A DNA stretch of 64,000 nt from the human T2T-CHM13v2.0 reference genome, Homo sapiens: assembly GCF_009914755.1 (NCBI RefSeq), contig NC_060948.1; one strand, 5' to 3'. The notes under the pieces were generated by a model. It was not told the origin of the DNA and did no database searches. It was given only the letters and a program-made list of their open reading frames with translations. Positions 57,070 to 64,000 of this stretch are shown here, one piece after another. Each line of letters opens with the position of its first letter. Positions within the stretch are counted from its first letter, which is position 1. Position numbers and translations under genes: made by a program.

Positions 57070-60000
57070 ATTGAATAGCACGGAATTGAATTGAATGGAA
57101 TGGAATGCAATGGAATCTAATGAAACGGAAAGGAAAGGAATGGAATGGAATGGAATGGGCTGGAATGGAAAGGAATCGAAACGAATGGAATGGAATCGAA
57201 GTGAAGAGACTGGAATGGAATGCACTGGAATGGAAGGGAGTGTAATGGAAGGTTCTCGAAAAAAATGGAATCGAATGGAATGGAATTGAATGGAACGGAA
57301 TAGAGTCGAATGGAATTGAATGGAATGGAATGGACTAGAGTGAAATGGAATCGAACCACAAGGAATGGACAGGAATAGAATGGTCTCGAATTGAATGGAA
57401 TCGTATGGAATGGCATCAAACGGAATGGAATGGACAGCCACGGAATGGAATGCACTCGAAAGCAATGGAGTCGAAACTAATGGACTGGAATAGAATGGAC
57501 TCGACTGGTACGGACTCCAATGGAATGGAATCGAATGGAAGGGAATCGAACGGAAGGGAATCGAACGGAATGGACTCGAAGGGAAAAGACTGCAATGGAA
57601 AGGTCTCGAATGGAATGGAAATTAATGGAATGGAATGGAATCGAATGAAATGGAGTCAAAAGGAATGGAATCGAATGGCAAGAAATCGAATGTAATGGAA
57701 TCGCCAGGAATTGATGTGAATGGAACGGAATGGAATGGAATCCAAAGGAATGGAATAGAATGGAATGGAATCGAATGGAAAGGACTCGAATGGAAATCAC
57801 TCGAATAGAATGCAATTTAATAAAATAGGATCAAATGTAATGGAATGGAATGGAAAGGAATCGAAACGAAAGGAATGGAGACAGATGGAATGGAATGGAA
57901 CAGAGAGCAATGGTATAGAATGGAATGGAATCATCTGGAATGGAATTGAATGGAATGGAATAATATGAAATGGAATGGAATGGAATGGAATGGAATGCCC
58001 TTGAATTGAATGGACTGGAATGGAATGGACTCAAACAGAGTGGAATGGAAAGTGTGGAGATAGAATGGAATGAACTCCTTTGGAATGGTGTAGTATGCAA
58101 TGCAATCGACTGGCAGGGAATCAAAAGGAATGTAATCGAATGGATTGGACTGGAATGCAATGGACTCAAATAGATTGGAAACGGAATGCAAAGGAATGGA
58201 ATGGAATAGTATGGAATGCAATGGAAGGGAATGGAGTGGAATAGACTAGAGTGGAATGGAATGGACTGGAAAGCAATGGACTGGAATGGAACTTTCTTGG
58301 ATGGACTGGAATCAAACGGAATGGAATGCAATGCAATCAAATGGCATGGAATAAAATAGAATGAAAGAGAATCAAATGGAATTGAATCGAATGGAATCGA
58401 ATGGATTGGAAAGGAATAGAATGGAATGGAATGGAATGGACTCAAATGGAATGGACTAGAATGGAATGGATTCGAATGGAAGGCAAAGGAATGGAATCTA
58501 TTGGAATGGACTGTAATGGAATGGAATGGAAGGGATTGGAATGGACTCGAATGGAATGGACTGCAATAGAAAGGATTCGAATGGAATGAAAAAGAATTGA
58601 ATGGAATAGAACAGAATGGAATCAAATCGAATGAAATGGAATGGAATAGAAAGGAATGGAATGAAATGGAATGGAAAGGATTCGAATGGAATGCAATCGA
58701 ATGGAATGGAATCGAACGGAATGGAATAAAATGGAAGAAAACTGGCAAGAAATGGAATCGAAATGAATGGAGTGTTATGGAACGGACTCAAAAGGAATTG
58801 AATGTAATAGAATGGAGTGGAGTGGACTCGAATATAATGGACTGGAATGGAATGAAATCACATGGAATGGGAACGAATGGAATGGAATGGAAAGGAATGG
58901 AATCGAATGGAAAGGAATCGAATGGAAGGGAATGAAATTGAATCAACAGGAATGGAAGGGAATAGAATAGACTGTAATGGAATGGACTCGAATAGAATGG
59001 ACACGAATGCTCAAATTAAATGGACTCGAATGGAATGGAAACGAAAGGAATGTCATCGAATGGAATTGAATCGATTGGAATGAAATCGCATAGAATGGAG
59101 TGGAATCAAATGGAATTGAATCGAAAGGAAAGGAAGCGAATGGACTGAAATGAAATGGAATGGAATTGAATGGAAAGTAATGCAATGGAATAGAATGGAA
59201 CGAAATTTCACGGAATGGAATCAAACTGAATGGAATCAAATCAATGGAATCAAATCAAATGGAATGGAAAGGAATTGAATGGAGTAGATGGGATTGGATG
59301 GGATTGGAATGAAATGTACTGGAAAGGACTCGAATTTCATGAAACGGAATGGAATGAATTGGAACGGAATGGACTCGAATGGAATGGAATGTCATGGGAT
59401 GGCATCAAATGGAATGACATCAAATGGAATGGAATCGAATGCAATGGAATGCTATGGAATGGAATGGAATGCATTGGAATGGAATGTCCGCTAATGGAAT
59501 GGATTCGAGTGGAATGGAATTGAATATAATGGAGTCGAATGAAATGGAATTGAAAGGAATGGGATCGAATACAATGGAATATACTGGAATGTAACGTAAT
59601 GAACTCGAATGTAATTGACTGGAATGGAATGTACATGAATGGAATGTAATCGAATGGAAAGTAATCCAATGGAATAGAATCTAATGCAATAAAATCGACT
59701 CAGATAGAGTAGAATGTAATGGAATGGAGTGCAGTGCAATGGAATGGAATGGAATGGAATGCAATGGAATGGAATGGAATGGAATGGAATGGAATGGAAT
59801 GGAATGGGATGGAATGGTATGGAATGGATAGTAATGGACTGGAGTGAAATGGACTGGAAAGGAATGGACTCAAATTGAAAGGGCTCGAAAGGAATGGAGT
59901 CAAATGGAATGGTCTGGAATGGAATGAACACGAATGTAATGCAACCCAATAGAATGGAATCGAATGGCATGGAATATAAAGAAATGGAATCGAAGAGAAT

Positions 60001-60648
60001 GGAAACAAATGGAATGGAATTGAATGGAATGGAATTGAATGGAATGGGAACGAATGGAGTGAAATTGTATGCAGTAGAAGAGAATAGAATGGAATGCAAG
60101 CGAAAGGAAAGGAATGGATTGGAATGGAATGGAATTCATTGGAATGGAAGGGAATGTAGTGTAATGGACAGGCCTGGAATAAAGTGGAATGCTACGGTCT
60201 CGAATGGAATAAAAATGTATGGAATGGAATGCAATGAAACGGAATCGAATGTCATAGAATGTAATGGAATGCAAAAAAATGGAATCCAAAATCATTGACT
60301 GGAAAGGCTGGGTGTCGAAAGGAATTGACTCCAATGGAATGGAATCGAATGGAATGGAAGTGAATAGAATCGAACTAAATCGAATGGAATGGAATTGATA
60401 GGAACGGAATGGAAAGGAATGCAATGATTTGGCATGGAATGGAATCGAATGGCATCGAATGGAATGGAATGGAATGCAATGGAATGGAATGTATTAGAAT
60501 GTAATGAACTTTAATGGAATGTACTCGAATGGATTCGACTGGAATGGAATGTTCTGGAAGTGAATGGACTCCAATGGAATGGATTCAAAAGGAATGGAAT
60601 CGTACGGAATGGAATCTAATGGAATGGAATTAAATGGAAATGAATCAA
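57070..60648. repeat. DYZ1 monomer U17 (3579 bp)
   Basis: Landmark spacing. Confidence 0.9.
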
Positions 60649-63600
60649 ATTGAATAGCACGGAATTGAATTGAATGGAATGGAATGCAATGGAATCTAAT
60701 GAAACGGAAAGGAAAGGAATGGAATGGAATGGAATGGGCTGGAATGGAAAGGAATCGAAACGAATGGAATGGAATCGAAGTGAAGAGACTGGAATGGAAT
60801 GCACTGGAATGGAAGGGAGTGTAATGGAAGGTTCACGAAAAAAATGGAATCGAATGGAATGGAATTGAATGGAACGGAATAGAGTCGAATGGAATTGAAT
60901 GGAATGGAATGGACTAGAGTGAAATGGAATCGAACCACAAGGAATGGACAGGAATAGAATGGTCTCGAATTGAATGGAATCGTATGGAATGGCATCAAAC
61001 GGAATGGAATGGACAGCCACGGAATGGAATGCACTCGAAAGCAATGGAGTCGAAACTAATGGACTGGAATAGAATGGACTCGACTGGTACGGACTCCAAT
61101 GGAATGGAATCGAATGGAAGGGAATCGAACGGAAGGGAATCGAACGGAATGGACTCGAAGGGAAAAGACTGCAATGGAAAGGTCTCGAATGGAATGGAAA
61201 TTAATGGAATGGAATGGAATCGAATGAAATGGAGTCAAAAGGAATGGAATCGAATGGCAAGAAATCGAATGTAATGGAATCGCCAGGAATTGATGTGAAT
61301 GGAACGGAATGGAATGGAATCCAAAGGAATGGAATAGAATGGAATGGAATCGAATGGAAAGGACTCGAATGGAAATCACTCGAATAGAATGCAATTTAAT
61401 AAAATAGGATCAAATGTAATGGAATGGAATGGAAAGGAATCGAAACGAAAGGAATGGAGACAGATGGAATGGAATGGAACAGAGAGCAATGGTATAGAAT
61501 GGAATGGAATCATCTGGAATGGAATTGAATGGAATGGAATAATATGAAATGGAATGGAATGGAATGGAATGGAATGCCCTTGAATTGAATGGACTGGAAT
61601 AGAATGGACTCAAACAGAGTGGAATGGAAAGTGTGGAGATAGAATGGAATGAACTCCTTTGGAATGGTGTAGTATGCAATGCAATCGACTGGCAGGGAAT
61701 CAAAAGGTATGTAATCGAAAGGATTGGACTGGAATGCAAAGGACTCGAATAGATTGGAAACGGAATGCAAAGGAATGGAATGGAATAGTATGGAATGCAA
61801 TGGAAGGGAATGGAGTGGAATAGACTAGAGTGGAATGGAATGGACTGGAAAGCAATGGACTGGAATGGAACTTTCTTGGATGGACTGGAATCAAACGGAA
61901 TGGAATGCAGTGCAATCAAATGGCATGGAATAAAATAGAATGAAAGAGAATCAAATGGAATTGAATCGAATGGAATCGAATGGATTGGAAAGGAATAGAA
62001 TGGAATGGAATGGAATGGACTCAAATGGAATGGACTAGAATGGAATGGATTCGAATGGAAGGCAAAGGAATGGAATCTATTGGAATGGACTGTAATGGAA
62101 TGGAATGGAAGGGATTGGAATGGACTCGAATGGAATGGACTGCAATAGAAAGGATTCGAATGGAATGAAAAAGAATTGAATGGAATAGAACAGAATGGAA
62201 TCAAATCGAATGAAATGGAATGGAATAGAAAGGAATGGAATGAAATGGAATGGAAAGGATTCGAATGGAATGCAATCGAATGGAATGGAATCGAACGGAA
62301 TGGAATAAAATGGAAGAAAACTGGCAAGAAATGGAATCGAAATGAATGGAGTGTTATGGAACGGACTCAAAAGGAATTGAATGTAATAGAATGGAGTCTA
62401 GTGGACTCGAATATAATGGACTGGAATGGAATGAAATCACATGGAATGGGAACGAATGGAATGGAATGGAAAGGAATGGAATCGAATGGAAAGGAATCGA
62501 ATGGAAGGGAATGAAATTGAGTCAACACGAATGGAAGGGAATAGAATAGACTGTAATGGAATGGACTCGAATAGAATGGACACGAATGCTCAAATTAAAT
62601 GGACTCGAATGGAATGGAAACGAAAGGAATGTCATCGAATGGAATTGAATCGATTGGAATGAAATCGCATAGAATGGAGTGGAATCAAATGGAATTGAAT
62701 CGAAAGGAAAGGAAGCGAATGGACTGAAATGAAATGGAATGGAATTGAATGGAAAGTAATGCAATGGAATAGAATGGAACGAAATTTCACGGAATGGAAT
62801 CAAACTGAATGGAATCAAATCAATGGAATCAAATCAAATGGAATGGAAAGGAATTGAATGGAGTAGATGGGATTGGATGGGATTGGAATGAAATGTACTG
62901 GAAAGGACTCGAATTTCATGAAACGGAATGGAATGAATTGGAACGGAATGGACTCGAATGGAATGGAATGTCATGGGATGGCATCAAATGGAATGACATC
63001 AAATGGAATGGAATCGAATGCAATGGAATGCTATGGAATGGAATGGAATGCATTGGAATGGAATGTCCGCTAATGGAATGGATTCGAGTGGAATGGAATT
63101 GAATATAATGGAGTCGAATGAAATGGAATTGAAAGGAATGGGATCGAATACAATGGAATATACTGGAATGTAACGTAATGAACTCGAATGTAATTGACTG
63201 GAATGGAATGTACATGAATGGAATGTAATCGAATGGAAAGTAATCCAATGGAATAGAATCTAATGCAATAAAATCGACTCAGATAGAGTAGAATGTAATG
63301 GAATGGAGTGCAGTGCAATGGAATGGAATGGAATGGAATGCAATGGAATGGAATGGAATGGAATGGAATGGAATGGAATGGAATGGGATGGAATGGTATG
63401 GAATGGATAGTAATGGACTGGAGTGAAATGGACTGGAAAGGAATGGACTCAAATTGAAAGGGCTCGAAAGGAATGGAGTCAAATGGAATGGTCTGGAATG
63501 GAATGAACACGAATGTAATGCAACCCAATAGAATGGAATCGAATGGCATGGAATATAAAGAAATGGAATCGAAGAGAATGGAAACAAATGGAATGGAATT

Positions 63601-64000
63601 GAATGGAATGGAATTGAATGGAATGGGAACGAATGGAGTGAAATTGTATGCAGTAGAAGAGAATAGAATGGAATGCAAGCGAAAGGAAAGGAATGGATTG
63701 GAATGGAATGGAATTCATTGGAATGGAAGGGAATGTAGTGTAATGGACAGGCCTGGAATAAAGTGGAATGCTACGGTCTCGAATGGAATAAAAATGTATG
63801 GAATGGAATGCAATGAAACGGAATCGAATGTCATAGAATGTAATGGAATGCAAAAAAATGGAATCCAAAATCATTGACTGGAAAGGCTGGGTGTCGAAAG
63901 GAATTGACTCCAATGGAATGGAATCGAATGGAATGGAAGTGAATAGAATCGAACTAAATCGAATGGAATGGAATTGATAGGAACGGAATGGAAAGGAATG
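60649..64000. repeat. DYZ1 monomer U18 (partial, truncated by window end)
   Basis: Landmark spacing. Confidence 0.9.

Larger units (their letters stand above)
1..64000. repeat. DYZ1: Human Satellite 3 array, DYZ1 (HSat3A6) type, typical of Yq12 heterochromatin; GGAAT strand on +
   Basis: Seen: continuous degenerate GGAAT pentamers with unique landmarks (ACCACAAGG, CAGCCACGG, GAAGAAAACTGGCAAG, AGGCTGGGTGTCG) recurring every ~3.56 kb. EcoRI GAATTC occurs at 3048, 10160, 13699, 17243, 20795, 24353, 27937, 31536, 35100, 38648, 42232, 45816, 49400, 52974, 56553, 60132 and 63711, with AGGCCT (HaeIII/StuI) ~38 bp downstream except after 3048. Established: DYZ1 is a 3564-bp pentamer-based unit cut once by EcoRI/HaeIII. 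Y origin is inferred, not aligned. Confidence 0.96.

Noticed and set aside
1-64000. CRISPR-like or other repeat-spacer system
   Set aside because: There are no unique spacers or cas-like genes; all variation is point or pentamer-level change within a tandem satellite.
1-64000. DYZ2/HSat1B, Alu or L1 insertion, or a strand inversion
   Set aside because: None was seen: all units have the same orientation and lengths within 3539-3599 bp, which leaves no room for an insert.
1-64000. HSat2 assignment because of frequent ATCGA/TCGAA
   Set aside because: The dominant motif is (GGAAT)n with a 3.56-kb period, lacking the HSat2 ~23-26-bp CATTCGATTC...ATGATG organisation.
1-64000. Non-coding RNA gene (Yq12/HSat3 transcripts are known)
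   Set aside because: No transcript boundaries or promoter can be defined from the sequence alone.

Overview
The whole 64-kb window is one uninterrupted, single-orientation array of diverged (GGAAT)n/(ATTCC)n pentamers, i.e. Human Satellite 3. It is organised as about 18 tandem copies of a ~3.56-kb monomer (17 complete copies of 3539-3599 bp plus one partial). The first copy is exactly 3564 bp and nearly every copy has one EcoRI and one HaeIII site, which matches DYZ1 (HSat3A6) of human Yq12 heterochromatin. I see no genes, RNA genes, transposons, DYZ2/Alu blocks or inversions, and all ORFs are translation artefacts of the pentamer. I cannot support a new coding system here. The most interesting structure is (i) up to three perfect, in-register heat-shock elements (nGAAnnTTCnnGAAn) per monomer, one of which is lost throughout the right-hand subfamily, and (ii) a readable recombination history: a subfamily switch, 3-unit and 4-unit higher-order periodicities, a ~4.5-kb duplicated block, and short conversion tracts. 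All comparisons were made by eye, so coordinates of variant tracts are approximate.
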